Notes under the pieces: generated by a model
What the model saw: only the letters and a program-made list of their open reading frames with translations
Database searches by the model: none
What the model was told of the DNA's origin: nothing
Source of the DNA: Octopus sinensis
Taxonomy: Eukaryota
Length of the DNA stretch: 64,000 nt
Direction of reading: 5' to 3'
Assembly: GCF_006345805.1 (NCBI RefSeq)
Contig: NC_042998.1
Span: 4,154,001 to 4,218,000 of the forward strand
Translations under genes and position numbers: made by a program
Shown here: positions 1-15,419 of the stretch, piece after piece
Layout of the letters: every line of letters starts with the position of its first letter
Numbering within the stretch: position 1 is the first letter of the stretch

Positions 1-1345
1 CCATCGCCAAGGCATTGGAAAGTGCCCTCTTCAAGTATCTTTCCTGCTGCTTAGGAAAGCATTTTGAGAGTAGATCCATTTAGTCTCACCAGTATTGCAA
101 TGTCGACTACCATTCGATAAACACACTACAAAGCAGTACCTCCCTCTCTACCCTTGTCTTCCTCTTCAAATAATATTTGAAGAAATTGATAAGAGCTTGA
201 GCATATAGGAATGTGCCTACCTTCAAACCTTTTAGACGGGTCCACCATACAACCTGTTTTGCGACAGCCACTAGGCAGAGAAAGATCTGCCTTCCTTCGC
301 TGATAAGGGAAGGTGGTGCGTCGATCTTCACTATACACTCGGCAGAGAGCTAAATTCGTCTTACACGTGACAACAGCTGCTCCATACCATCCCACTTCTC
401 TCTAATGCACGGACACTGAATTGTTGCATCCAGGACGGTTTGGTCCCTTTGCAAGCATCTCGGACAGGTTCGGCTGTTGGCTATTCCATGCCTGAAGAGC
501 TTGTCTCGAACCAGCAATGCACCTCTATAGCAATGCCAAGCCAAAGACTTTTGGAAATTGTCCATGATCTTCGACACGAAAGTTTTCTGGAAGAGACTAC
601 TCAGATTGTTCTCGTCGATGTCTAGATTCAATCCTAGATCATCTTCACTCATACCCTCAACTAGCCCCCTAGAGAGATCTTGGGTTATTTTCCCGCTAAC
701 GGTTTTAGACAGCTGGTACAATGCACTGAGCGCCTGGCAACTTTCTAGATGCCAAACGCCCAATCTTGGTCTACGTTGGACCCATGACTGCAGCTCTGTC
801 AATGAGATGAACTGCGGGAGGACGTGTCGCACGAATGACGCCCACACCAGTTCACCCTATTATCATCGTCATTCACATCATCGCATTGATTTAGATATTT
901 CTGTAGATGCTACAGCCTCAAATCCTGGCGTCGTATTATTAACGATGGCACCCCAAGAGCACCACAGAGTGGGTATTGACAGCAGGTGATTTTTCTGAGC
1001 AGCGGAACCTGATCCTTCCATAAAAATCGGAAAAGCAAGAGCTTCAATCTTGTCAGAGTTTTCTTAGGGTAAGGTACAACAGCTAAACGGTAGTACACTA
1101 CCGAGGTGATGTATGCATTCGCTTCTTCCGCCCGGCCTTTCAACGACCACTCCCTTTCTTCCCATTTCTGGGTGAGCTTAGCCACCCTAGTCATGACCTC
1201 TTCCCAGTTCATATCTACCTGGAGATCTGGTCCGAAACAGACTGCGAGCGCTTTCACCGGACCCTCCGACTAGCGACAAAAATAGCTGCTAGTCGACTTA
1301 TGTCTCCAAGAGCCTAGTTACAGACCTACTGACTTGTTTTGGTTT
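1..1345 (-). mobile_element. Tx1-like (L1 clade) non-LTR retrotransposon, 5'-truncated, frameshifted ORF2 C-terminal half
   Basis: Minus ORFs 910-1257 (FGPDLQ..NW..V..LTQKW..R.WSLKGRA..AN.YI.S...Y), 350-847 (zf-RVT-like SLAW.CYRGAL.VRDKL..CPRC..DQTV...IQCP) and 107-331 (LINFFKYYLKRK.RVEREVL) align by eye with the + strand copies at 10.6-13.0 kb. Confidence 0.85.
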
Positions 1346-1380
1346 ATGAGTGCTCCTGTGCATTCCTGTGCATTTTCACT

Positions 1381-1586
1381 AAAGGCACAAGGTCTGAAAT
1401 GTTGGGGGAGGGGGTAAGTCGATTACATGGATCCCACTACTCAACTGGTGCTTAATTCAACGGCCCCAAAAGGATAAAAAGTAAAGTCGACCTCGGTAAA
1501 ATTTGAACTCAGAACGTAAAGATGGACAGGGGTGCAGTTAAGCATTTTGCCCAGCGTGCTAACGATTCTCCCAGCTCGCCGCCTTA
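1381..1586 (-). mobile_element. tRNA-derived SINE, family B' (tail ...AATTTCAGGCCTTGTGCCT-like)
   Basis: Reverse complement has an A-box-like GAGCTGGGAGAATCGTTAGC, a B-box GTTCAAATT and a degenerate GTCGACTTT(G/A)C..ATCCTTT.GGGG core shared with other copies. Confidence 0.8.
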
Positions 1587-2534
1587 ATAACAATAATAAT
1601 AATATGAAGAAGCGGAAAGAAAAGAAAGGAGAGGAAGAAGAAACTCAAGATGTATTTTTATACCATGAATAATAAAGATAATTATAAAAATATTAGATAT
1701 AGAAATAAAGATAAGACCATAAACAGACTTGTAAATATTTGTGAATTAATGAACTAGACAGTATACATAACACACACGTGAAAGAATAGGTTAAGAAAGA
1801 ACATTATAAAAGCATTAGATTAATACTTACAATAGAAATAAATGCCAAAGATAAGGCAACATTTATCAATACTGTAGTTGTTCCAGAAATAAGGTATACC
1901 TAAATGAATTAGCAAATTAGACGGATACACACATACATACACATACATACACATACACACACAAACAAAGAGATAAAAACACAAGTAAATGACTGTATTT
2001 AAAATACGTCACACAAAATCCGACAAGAAAAGATTATATTTACTTCAAGTGCAAAAAGTTAGGGGTCGTCTGTAACTAGACAATTATATTACAAATTATC
2101 TACTGTAGGACTACATAAATATCTACTAAAGAGTAAATAGAAAATATATTTAAAAAAAAACCTCCAATATACGAACAAAACAAACGAAAATTCTTTTCTG
2201 TCGTCTCGCAAGTCAAGCAATACAATCAAGCGCAGAGGTAACAAACGACAGAGACATAATAGCAGAAACTATTAAAAAAATGTCATGCCAAGATGTCTAG
2301 AAAACCTTACTTCAATTAATGGAATCCGCATAAAAGATATAAAGAAAGAAAATGTCGCCTGTAGCTGCGATGAACAAGGGCCAGATGTAAGATTGAACGA
2401 TTGCCTTCTGTTCGAGCAATATACAAGTCCTTTCTCTAGAGAATGTGAATGAGCAGATACTAAGGCTTTAAGTTACTAAAAGTGATTGCATACACAAACA
2501 TACCTGATTGACGATTGGGAAGAAACAATGAATC

Positions 2535-2892
2535 CCATTGTTTCTTATTTCTTTACTGCCCTCAAGGGGCTAAACATAGAAGGGATAAACAAGGACAAAC
2601 AAAGGAATAAAGCCGTTACATCGACTCTAGTGTATAACTGGTACTTAATTTATCGACCCCGAAAGGATGAAAGGCAAAGTGGACCTCAGCGGAATTTGAA
2701 CTCAGAAGGTGACGGCAGACGAAATACCTATTTATTTACTGCTCACAAGGGGCTACACACAGAGAGAACAAACAAGGACAGACGAACGGATTAAGTCGAT
2801 TATATCGACCCCAGTGCGTAACTGGTACTTAATTTATCGACCCCGAAAGGATGAAAGGCAAAGTCTACCTCGGCGGAATTTGAACTCAGAAT
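2535..2892 (-). mobile_element. tRNA-derived SINE family B, head-to-tail dimer (distal unit 5'-truncated at the B box)
   Basis: Two tandem copies of AACTGGTACTTAATTTATCGACCCCGAAAGGATGAAAGGCAAAGT..ACCTC.GCGGAATTTGAACTCAGAA, about 2640-2705 and 2820-2891. Confidence 0.85.
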
Positions 2893-3206
2893 GGTGTAAT
2901 TTCTGAATAAATTTCGGGAATTAAATTAAATTAGATGGTAAATAAGTTTCGAGTTTAAAATCTGAAATCTGAAATAATTAGATGGTAAATGTTTTTATTT
3001 TTCATTCCCTTCGAGAATTTATCCCTAATTAGTGGTTTGAACTTTAACTGTTCTTTCTAGCGCAAGGCTTTCCTATGATGGAAGCCTCTTAATGTGCTTT
3101 AATGTACACGATATTTTATATGAATAATATACAGTCTATTGACTATATTTTATTGTGCTAGTCCACTGGTAGTAAAAATTTCTATAATTCTTATTACTCT
3201 AATATT

Positions 3207-3280
<74 letters not shown>

Positions 3281-3489
3281 ATTAAAACAGTAGACAGGTA
3301 GAAAAGTGAGAGAGAGGTGAGAGTAAACAATAGCAGATAAAATTGACTGGAAGTTATTGTAAATTTAATTGCAAACTTGAAATATTCAAATGATTATCTT
3401 ACGTATGTATGGTACATATTTCCTATTGGATTTCTAGGGCATAAGATGAAATATTTCTTGAAGCAAAATTTATTCTCCCCCCCCCCCCG

Positions 3490-3577
3490 CCACCACCACA
3501 ACCACCACCACCACCACAACCACCACCACCACCACTCCCACCACTACCACCACCACCACCACCACCACCACCACCAC
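3490..3577. repeat. (CAC)n microsatellite; (CA)n at ~3210-3268
   Basis: Direct reading of the sequence. Confidence 0.95.
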
Positions 3578-4307
3578 TTATATCTCAAGCGTTTACTGTT
3601 TTAATTACATTTGTTTTGATTTTCTACCATTTCAGATTTTAAACTCGAAACATATTTACATTTTACTAATTGTATGCAACCTTACTTTCCAGAGTTTTTT
3701 TTATACTGTTTCAACACCAATATATACCACATCTCATTTGTAGCTTTACTCAGCTGTTACATTTTGCCAAAGCCTATTTATTTACTGATTACTGCAGTGG
3801 AACTTAATTTTCAAATTGATGCTGACCTAAAAATAAGTAATCAGGTGTGTAATAAATAAAACTTTTACTACTTTTACTTCGATGATTATTTTGTTCTGTT
3901 TTGTTTTGTTTTGTTTTAATTCTGATTATTTATTTGAATGCTTTGGAAATGATTGATTTATTTACTTAATTATTTTTTTCTTGATTAGGAGTCATAGACA
4001 GTGAATAACAGATTAAGAAAATAAAATCCAAAATATAAATAGAACAAAACAGTTTATAGGCCACTCTCCGCTTCACTCCTTTCCCAAATATAAAACTCTT
4101 TTTCTTTCGTTCTCAACAGATATCAACCACCGTAATTCTCATTATCAGCAATATCAACATCATCAACAGCACTATTTTATAATCATAGTCATGAGTATCG
4201 TTGTGATCATTATGATATCATCATAATCATGATTATATTCATCACCAACTTCATCTCCGTCGCTTCTCAATCATCTTCAATAAAGCAATCGCCCCTAACG
4301 TCATTGT

Positions 4308-4455
4308 ATAATAATAATAATAATAATAATCATAATAATAATAATAATAATAATGATAATAATAATACGAACAACAACAATAGTAGTAGTCATAATGATA
4401 GTAATAATAACAGAGGTAGTAACAATGATAGAATAGTAGTAATAATGATGTTGCT

Positions 4456-4505
<50 letters not shown>

Positions 4506-4535
4506 TAATAATAATGATAATAATAATGATAATAA
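4308..4535. repeat. Imperfect (TAA)n microsatellite; degenerate (CAT)n at ~4880-5200
   Basis: Direct reading of the sequence. Confidence 0.9.
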
Positions 4536-7016
4536 TTTTTCCTGTTTCCTCCTTCATCTCCTCAACTTCTCGCAAAATCCATTTCCTGTCCACCCTTCAT
4601 CATTTGCTCTCACTTGATAAATGAGGTTCTTTGCTAATATCAATATTGCTTCTAGCTGTATTTGTTGATATCTGTGTTGGAAATGTTATGTGGCATGTAT
4701 TGGTTCTAAAGTTTCTCTTAATATCTGCCTTTAGCTGTACAATTCATCTAGCAGCAGACGCTCGCGTCAAAAAAACACTGGAGCGCTTAACATGTTAAAG
4801 AAAGTTGGCATCATTTGCTACTAGGTGCGAATCAGTCTGACAGCAACAAACGCGAAAGCATTGTCGTACGGCTGTGATCATCATTATTATTATTATTATT
4901 ATCATCATCCACTTCATTATCAGAATTATCAAAATCCTTTCTCCTTCCTCACATCTTCCTCCTCCTCATCATCATAATTATCATCCATTTCCTTCTCATC
5001 ACCACTGCCTGCCTTGCCATTAAAAGAGCATCACCCAACACTTCCACATCATCCTCTTTCATAGCTCTATCAGCACCACTGTCAACATCGGCATCATCAA
5101 CATGACCAAAATCGCCGCAACCTCTAACACAACAACAGCAATATTCAATAACAGTAGCATAATAATATTTTTATATTCCCAGTCATCACCATCACCATCG
5201 TTAGAACAATCAAAATCTCTTCTTTTATACGTCTTAATACCTTTTTGTTAATAACACTTTCTTTTCCGTAAACCATACAACACTTCAAAACTGGTTAACT
5301 TGTCTGAACTCTGCAAATTAAAAATTTTTTGGCTAAAAATGTGTTTCGCACCTAATTTAACCGAAACTGCTTGGGTGACTAAAACCACCCATTAAATACA
5401 TGTCTCTTTGTGTCCTTTATTCAACTAATGTGTATAACATCCAACCCTTATTGCTAATCAGTTGCACTTTCACTTCAGCAATATAGGCGAAGAACATAGC
5501 GAACAGCGCTTGGAGAAACTCCCAACATCTACAAATTAGATAGATCTACTTACCACTACAACTGACAAAAATGTACTATCCAAAAAGTAAAAGCTCTTTC
5601 GTCTCCAAATATCGGTTTTCTCGTCTCGTTTCAAGATGATCTCTATTAAATTTGTAAAATCTTGCTACTCGCTAATTCCTAGCAATGATAACTTGTACAC
5701 GATGCTTCAGCGAATGAACCTTCCATAACTGATCGTTGCTTTGCTGCCGACACTACATTGCATATTTTTCTCTAAACTTGACCTCGTTCATTAGTTGTGC
5801 CATCACATACACCTAATTCTATTTCTTTTAAAAGTGTCATTTTTATTACACTGAATTGTTGTGCTCCAGTCCAAACACCTCTTTCTCTCTCTACAAGGAT
5901 CCGAAGAAATCAGTTGATACATACTACTAACTGTCCTATCCACGAAGAGCAGCCTCTCTAAACCGAGAAATGAGGATGTAAGATGATAGAAACCGTAGAT
6001 ACCACGCGTAGATACCACGTTTCCCTCACGTTAAACCAGGTCGATCTGGGACTAATAATTATATGTCACTCTCCAAGTATTTGAAGAAGACGCCATTGCT
6101 TTTGCCAATATTAGGACTGATAATTATTCTAGCACACCTAATTATGTGTTTTCTTCCTCTATTATCTTTCTACACTATATTAATTGTTGGGGACAAGAAT
6201 GTAAATTAACTACATTCTTACTGTCATCTCGAACTAAACTTTCTACGTGGGAAATGACACCGTTCCTCGTTCTTCCTTTAAGTTCCGCTCTGTGATGTTA
6301 TCCACATACAGTCTCATGTAAATTATGCACTACTTCAATGAAAAGAAACATCGGAAACATCTTCCAACTGGAAGATGGCAATCTAGTGTTTCAACAGAAC
6401 TACGACAGTCAATGATCTTATTTATAAAAGAATGAAACAAAACAAAAAGTAGATAATGTCTACCATTCTTTGGTTTAATAATATAACAGAAGGTTAAGCA
6501 TCCCCACGTTCCAGGTTATTCATTAGCGAACCGGTATATATAAATTTGCTACATCCGTATTTTACAAATTAATTTTAACTCCATGCAAGCAGTTTCAGAT
6601 TATTTTAATTGTTGACCGACCACAAATCCAACATACGTTCAACCATATTGTACTGATCCCTCAATATGACGAATGCAACTGCTATGCATAAATGTCATAG
6701 AGCTTATGCAAAATAGTCCTATGCGAATCAATGACAAAACAATACTTACTAAAAATTAAAATCGCTGGCCAATAAATACAGTTTTCTTTATTTGCTTGTT
6801 GAATCGCTTTAACAACAGTTCAGTTATTTGGTTGCATTGCAACACTACCAATATCTTGTTTTTCCCCAGAGTACCAAACTTTCATTTGTGTTTTACTTGA
6901 AAACATTTAATAGAGTCCAGGTGAAAGCTAGTCTCGTCATAGGCGTTACCATCAGAACTCAGCGACCCAGGCCGATATTACAAGTTTTCCTGCCCGACGC
7001 TTTTTTATTTATGCGT

Positions 7017-7296
7017 CCTTTTCAAGCCTAGCCAGGCTCATGGGCCCGGTTTCCCGATTTCTATGGCGTATGTGTCCCCTTTCTCCCTGGACGGGACGCC
7101 AGTCCATCGCAGCGTTACTCAAGAAACAGGAAGAAAGAGTGAGAGAAAGTTGGGGCAAAAGAGTACAACAGGGGTCGCCACCCACCCCTGCCGGAGCCTT
7201 GCTCAATAAATACACACAACGCCTGGTCTGGGAATTGAAACGGCGATCCTCCGACCGCGACTCCGCTGCCCTAACCACTGGGCCATTGCGCCTCCA
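7017..7296 (-). mobile_element. tRNA-derived SINE family D (GATGGACTGGCGTCCCGTCCAGGG core)
   Basis: Minus strand begins GGAGGCGCAATGGCCCAGTGGTTAGGG (A box) and has GTTTCAATTCCC (B box-like); 3' part GAAACCGGGCCCATGAGCCTGGCTAGGCTT is shared with 52067-52299. Confidence 0.8.
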
Positions 7297-8381
7297 TCCC
7301 GACGCTTTTACACGCTAAATAAACCACTTCCTCAGCCTGTTACTTTTCATCAACTCTAAACGAATGAAAGGCAAAAATGACCTCGACAGAATTAAAGCAC
7401 AACGCACAGAAGAACAAATATAAATTATTTTAGCTGGAGCTTTAACAACTCTGGCGATTTACCGTGTTACACGCCGAAATATCCTCCTATAATAAGATAT
7501 TATTACAGTAGGAATGAGCACAAGATTGCTCAGCGAGACCTACTCTGGGTTTTAACAACAATAACAACAACAACAACAACAACAGTAATTGCAGTTCCAT
7601 CACCAAACATTTTAAAATTTAATAGAAATGTAACTTTCAATTATAATTATGAGGAAATTTCATTTTGACCTTTGACTAAATTCGAATTTGTATAGTAATT
7701 ATTAATTTCAATATTAAATATTTTTGCATTCAAATTCCTTCCACTTGTGTCCTAAATTTGAATCATGACAATATTACTACATTACTGCTATTGAATTTTT
7801 AGAATTCAATGGCTGAGAAGAATTGAGGAAAAGAGACGTCGATTGTATTTGTTTGTCCCTGGGGTTAATAATACAAACTAAGATTAAGCAGGCATTACTG
7901 ATGTAAATGAATTGAACTGAAGAATACAAACTACATTATTGGCTAGATTCGCAACTAAATTACTACCAATCTCAAAACCAACGACATGATAAAGTATCTT
8001 ACAATCAATACAGTAATAAAATTGCCCAGAAAAGTCAAAGATAAATTTTCAATACAGTTTTAAGTTTAAAAGATACTTTTTTTCTCCTTGTAGTTTATCG
8101 TTTACAGAAAGTAGATGATTAAAAAAATGCTAATTATTGTGATAATGGACAAATGCTTCCACTTAAAATTTCATCATTCATAATATGTAGAGAATAATTA
8201 TGGAATAACGATTCTAAATATTTTATTAATACTAGAATTATACGAGGATTGTTTATACAGATGTGTAAATTTATTAAAATAAAAGCAATTTTGATTAATG
8301 ATGAAGGTCTATCTGGTTCTTTTTTAAAGGTTCACTTGTTAGAGGGAAATGCTTTTCAAGATTGTTTTATGAACATTACTT

Positions 8382-8824
8382 GGATCTTTTCGGTTTGAAC
8401 GGCAGTTTTTTCTAGCGGTGTCATATGAAATTGTCACCCATAATTATGACCCTAGTATCAATCTATTGCATTTCAATCTGTTTTAGGGTTAGGGTTAGTT
8501 AGGGTTAGTTAAGGTTAGGGTTAGGGGTGGGGGAAGGATATCTTTTTTTTCTTCAGAAATATAAATAAACCCAATCTGTTTCTTAAACGAGGAACATATT
8601 CATACAGCACAGAATGTTTTTTACCTCTATAGACGTCAGTGATTGGTTGAAATTGCAGAAATTGAAGAAAAAAAACAGTAAATACCTTACAAACTATAGA
8701 ATTTTCTCAATGAAGCCAAGAGAAAAAGATGTTTTATAAACGCATTCTACCAGTATAAGAAGTTTAAAATTTTTTAGTTACCTAGAAATTATGTTAAAAA
8801 CTGCCGTTCAAACCAAAAAGATCC
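8382..8824. mobile_element. Non-autonomous DNA transposon (MITE), 29-bp TIRs, 8-bp TSD, GG..CC termini (Merlin/MULE-like), internal TTAGGG repeats
   Basis: Left GGATCTTTTCGGTTTGAACGGCAGTTTTT; right AAAAACTGCCGTTCAAACCAAAAAGATCC (1 mismatch); CATTACTT at 8374-8381 and 8825-8832. Confidence 0.9.
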
Positions 8825-9695
8825 CATTACTTTAATTTATTGAGTGTTAACAGAGTATAATTTTAGTAATTTCATTTGACTTGTTACATGTAGTCTCCGA
8901 GTCTTGGGTTGCTAAACCATAGATTCCACTTTGACTACTCTATAGTCATCATCTATTCTCATTGCAAGGAGAAAAATACTGAAGTAAATATCAAAGAAAA
9001 TGTGAAAATGCTGATACTAATCAACATCTCTATAAATAAATCCAGTTACCATGTGGAGGTCGTTGGAAAAAAATTATAAGATATAGCTTTGACCTCTGTT
9101 TTCAACTTCGTTCTCGTATAGCCGTCTCATGACAAGGAGGCTTTAAAAAATCGCTGTTGTTGACCTGGTGACTAGCTATTATAAGATTGATTTGAAGTTA
9201 ATAATACAAATTTAATATTTCTATCAGATGAAAGAAATCATTACTGCTCTGTTGCATAGCAGCTGTCAATGACCTTACATTATAAAGAAGAACATGAACC
9301 TTTGGTATATTATGTTTACTAAGTCAAACTAACAAAACCATAACAACCAATAACTTAATCAAAGTATGTTGCTTTCGAGAGGCTATCTAGGTGTGTATGA
9401 AGTATTTCTTCAAACTACTTTGTTTTCGGTTTTTTGCATTTCGAATATTATCTTTACATGGTCGGTTAGTTCTCATCAACCTATGTGTTGGATGTCGGTA
9501 CTTGACATTAATAAAAGTCCTTATGTTATTTCCTATGAAACATTTATTTCTACAATGCTCTATTTAAATTGAAATGCAATTTTTTCCAGACAATTTGTCA
9601 TATTCACTAGATTGGAAATGTGAAACTCGGAGTAACAGTTAGGGAAATTTTCCGATTCCAATGTGTGTGCCTGTATGCTTGTATGTGTGTGTATG

Positions 9696-9740
<45 letters not shown>

Positions 9741-9830
9741 GTTTAAGTAGTTGAATGAATTATCCTAGTATGGATAATTCAGTTGACCGATACCCGGGTA
9801 GCAAATCGTCGTTCGACTCCATTCTTTCAT

Positions 9831-9948
<118 letters not shown>

Positions 9949-10126
9949 CTCTCCCTATATATATATATATACGTACGTACATATATACATATAAATATAT
10001 ATATATATATATATATGTATATACGTACGTACGTACATACATATAAATATATATACACACACACGCACAAGTTCTAACATACAAGCATATATATAAATAT
10101 ATGCGTAGGTGTCTGTCTATCTATCT

Positions 10127-11962
10127 GATTGTCAGTCGTCGCTTCGTCTCCCGTAAGTCCAAACAATTTCTCGTGTTTACTTATGTGTATTTGTATTTAA
10201 TTTTTACCAAAAAGTTGGTTAATAAAATCTTCTTTCGCTTGAGCGAGTCTCTCGCTCGAAAATTTATCCTTTAAGGCTGAATTTTCGAATTTTAAAATTA
10301 TTTAAAAAAAAATAATCTTTCCTGAAAAATGGATAGCTTTTCTGAGGATGCCAGCGTTCATGCGTTCCAATTGGACATTAATGATTTCTCTAAACTGCGG
10401 AACTCTACAGGGAAGGAAGAAAGCATTGATTCACATTCTCTCTCTTTCTCTCACAGACATATACACAGGCGTTCGTAGCAAACAGGTGGGAGCGGAAAGC
10501 AAGAATAATGAAAACATGTCTACCGCCACCTCCGCTGCCACTACCACTGCCTCCACCACCACTTTCGTCACCTCTGTATGTATTAATTCTAGAGTCACTA
10601 CTGCAGAAGTTGGCGACGCTGAGGGGCATTCCGTGAGAACTGGGATGCGGGAGGAGCTTATTTGCGTAAGCGGACTATGTCACCGTCATAGTGTCGAGCC
10701 ACTGGCATATCGATCTGGTCGGCGAGACACTAAAAGAATACAAAGCGGTAACGGGAGCGAATATTAACCCGAAAAAGTCAGAGTGCTGGTGGCTCAGCAC
10801 TTGGAGAGGTAAGACAATGCCGTCCAACAGCGTCTCTATCGTGGGACACTGGACCGACGGATCGGTTGAATTGCTCGGGATCTGGTTCGGTCCAGACATT
10901 CAAACGGAGTAGAACTGGGACGAGATAACGTAGGGTGGCTACCCTCACCCAACAATGGGCCGAGAGGAAGCTATCGCTAAAAGGTCGGTCTGAGATGGTG
11001 AATGTGTACATCGCATCCGTCATCTACTACCGTCTAACTGTCGTGCCTTGTTCCGACCCTACCATCATGAAACTGGAACGCATATTCCTCCACTTTTTTA
11101 TGGAAGTGAGGCGTTTCGATTGTCAGGCGATCCATTTGCTGCTAACATCCGCTAATTGGAGGAGGGCTGGGTATGCCATGGTTACTGATACGCAGACATG
11201 CGTTGAGACTGCGACATCTCAAGTGTTTCATAGACGACAGTGAACAGGTGTGGTCGCCGTTTGTGAGACGCGCTTCCTCGCAGCTCCTCTCATTGACTGC
11301 AATCTTGGGTCAAACAGAGACCGAGGCTGGGCTAATGGCACCGCGAGTGTCGCAATGCTTATGTGGGCTTATGTCAAACGGCAGCTGTCACGTGTGGGAC
11401 AAATTCGGTTGTCAGCCGGCTCTATCGTGAAATTTGCTCCGCCACCTTCCTTTAACAGGGAAGGCAAGGCAGTTTTCATTGTACTGGTGGCTATGGTGAA
11501 AGAATGTGTATGGTAGACTCGTTTGAAAGGTTTAGAGACAAACACTTTCTTCTCTGGCCAACCTCACACCGACATTTTCAAGTATCACTTGAAGAGGAAG
11601 GTGAGAATAGAGAGGGAAGTTTTGTCTAATGAAAAGTTTATCGAGAGGTCGGTGAATGTGTCAATGTTGGTACGCATGAATGACGGAACATCCTTCAGCA
11701 TGAACCTATAAAACAAGTTTTTGCTTTTCGTTTCCGAGCCTACCGTGGTTCTTTTTCGTAGGTTTTACTTTCCAAGGATAAACCTAATCAATGTTACATT
11801 TCCTCCCACTTTTGGGAACATTAATTGTTAACAGCGACACGTTTGCTATCTCCCTGTGTACACGTCCCCAAGTTTTTGTCGATCTATTTTGAGCATTTTC
11901 GAAAAAGAAATATTCTACATTGTATTGTCCCGTTTTCGGCCCTGCGTGGCTAATAAAGAAAC
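10127..11962 (+). mobile_element. Tx1-like LINE, degraded; RT motif C onward from ~10660; 10127-10600 is a putative 5' UTR/ORF1 start
   Basis: A*ADYVTVIV (decayed AYADD), GANINPKKS, LGIWFGPD, RKLSLKGR, IASVIYYRL; 3' UTR ends AATAAAGAAAC followed by (CTAT)3. The 5' part is inferred only. Confidence 0.8.
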
Positions 11963-11974
11963 CTATCTATCTAT

Positions 11975-13400
<1,426 letters not shown>

Positions 13401-13545
13401 TAATGTGTGGTATACATAGATTCAAACACACACACGCGTGCACGATCAATATTTGGTCAAAGTAACATAGTGACGCAAAAGCCAAGAGTTTCGTGTGTTG
13501 TCACTTATCAAATTTATCCTCTAGAAGTCGAAGTGAAAGAGGAAT

Positions 13546-13604
<59 letters not shown>

Positions 13605-13633
13605 TATATATAAGCTATATACATATATGTATA

Positions 13634-13665
<32 letters not shown>

Positions 13666-13688
13666 CATACACATACACCCACTCACAC

Positions 13689-13725
<37 letters not shown>

Positions 13726-15006
13726 ACACACACATATTCTATTGATCTATTCGTCTTCACTCCGACTTCTAGATGCAGTAACGTAAGTCTTTGAATCAAT
13801 TCATTTGAAAGAAAAAATTAATAAAAATCAATTAATTTTTATATATTGGTTGTCTGTTTCAAAGCGATCATTAACATTTTCTTCCTTAAAATGCTAACAT
13901 TCAAAGAAAGTTTAGAAAAAGAAATACAGACGAAACAAAAGGAAGCTAGACAAAGTGAAATTTTAGATGTGAATAGTAACTAAGACAACTATTACAATAA
14001 GTCAACGGCGACGAGAATGTATTAAATAACTCCAACATTTTAGTCTCTAACTTGCTTGCTATATACGAGTTGTATTTGACTAAACACCTGTCAACTTTCA
14101 TAGTCTCGCCTGAGGTGGGATTCGATTGATGACTGAATGTAAAAACGGAATATAATGCTTGCTTTATCTCTTCCACAGTGCAACTTAAATCTAGCTCCAG
14201 CCAATGTGGAAGGTCAGAATCTGGTATTAAACATTTTATGTTGTAGTTGCTTTTAATATTTAATGTGTTGCCATTTGAAAAGCACCTGCTCTGTCAAGCT
14301 CTACGACTCACTTGTTCTCGATAATGGTTGTTTAGAAATCATCAATATTCTTTCTTTTACTCTCCCTCTTTCTCTTTTCCTCTCTCTCTGTTTCAATCTC
14401 TCTGCTGCTTTCTTTTCATACACACATACAAGCAACAGGTAGACACAAATACATACATACACAAACATATATATTTATTTATTAATAGGGATACATTTAT
14501 CATTATATATATTATTCTATAAGTATATGCACACGCAGGCGCACACTCATACACACACATGTATGTATATATAATATATAATATATATTTTAAATCATAA
14601 AAGTTTTGGATTGTTCTTTAGACTGAATTACTAATGTCTACCACAAATTTACCGATCTCTCTTATCACACATAGATACCCAGAAAGGTAACCATCCCAAT
14701 CCGCTAAGTTTAATACACAAACAGACATCTTATAGTATAAACAAAACATGCTTCTATCGACAACACTTAGACAGGAATAAAGCAAATATATGCAAATACA
14801 GGTGTGTGAAATTATATATATGTTAATTTAAGCCGCGTGTCATTAGTGTAGAGAGGTGAATGCATGCACATATGAATGCATGCATGTGTATGTATGTATA
14901 TCTACAGAGAGTTGGGGAGAGAAAGAGGTGAGTGAGAAGTGGAAGAGGAGGAAGAGAGAGTAGAAAAAGAGATACAGGCTGCCATGTGTTATATATATAT
15001 ATATAT

Positions 15007-15419
15007 AGGCGGAGGAATGGCTGTGTGGTAAGATGCTTGCTTCCCAAAGACATAGTTCCGGGTTCAGTCCGACTGTGTGGTACCTTGGGCAGGTGTCTTC
15101 TACTATAGCCTCGGGCCGACCAAAGCCTTGTGAGTGGATTTGGTTGACGGAAACTGAAAGAAGCCCATCGTATATATGTATATATATACATTTGTGTGTG
15201 TGTGTGTATTTGTGTCTGTGTTTGTCCTCACCACCATTGTTTCACAACCGATGTTGGTGTATTTACCTCCCCGCCAACTAGCGGTTCAGCAAAAAGAGGG
15301 CAATAGAATAAGTACTAGGCTTACAAAGAATAAGTCCTGGGGTCGATTTGTTCGACTAAAGGCGGTACTCCAGCATGGCCGCAGTCAAATGACTGAAAAA
15401 AGTAAAAGAAAAAGAGAGT
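15007..15419 (+). mobile_element. tRNA-derived SINE family A (internal TA/TG microsatellite, CR1-like tail)
   Basis: AGGCGGAGGAATGGCTGTGTGGTAAG head, GGTTCAGTCC B-box, CCTTGGGCAGGTGTC, tail CAGCATGGCCGCAGTCAAATGACTGAAA..GTAAAAG; three further copies in the window. Confidence 0.9.

Noticed and set aside
5898-5977. Possible + strand exon (AAG acceptor, GTAAGA donor)
   Set aside because: Stops in all three frames and a weak acceptor; expected by chance at this scale
8493-8530. TTAGGG repeats as a telomere or chromosome-fusion scar
   Set aside because: Short, degenerate and internal to a MITE with TIRs and a TSD
13773-13782. Possible 10-nt microexon (TAG|ATGCAGTAAC|GTAAGT)
   Set aside because: Frame-shifting length and no supporting context; cannot be distinguished from chance
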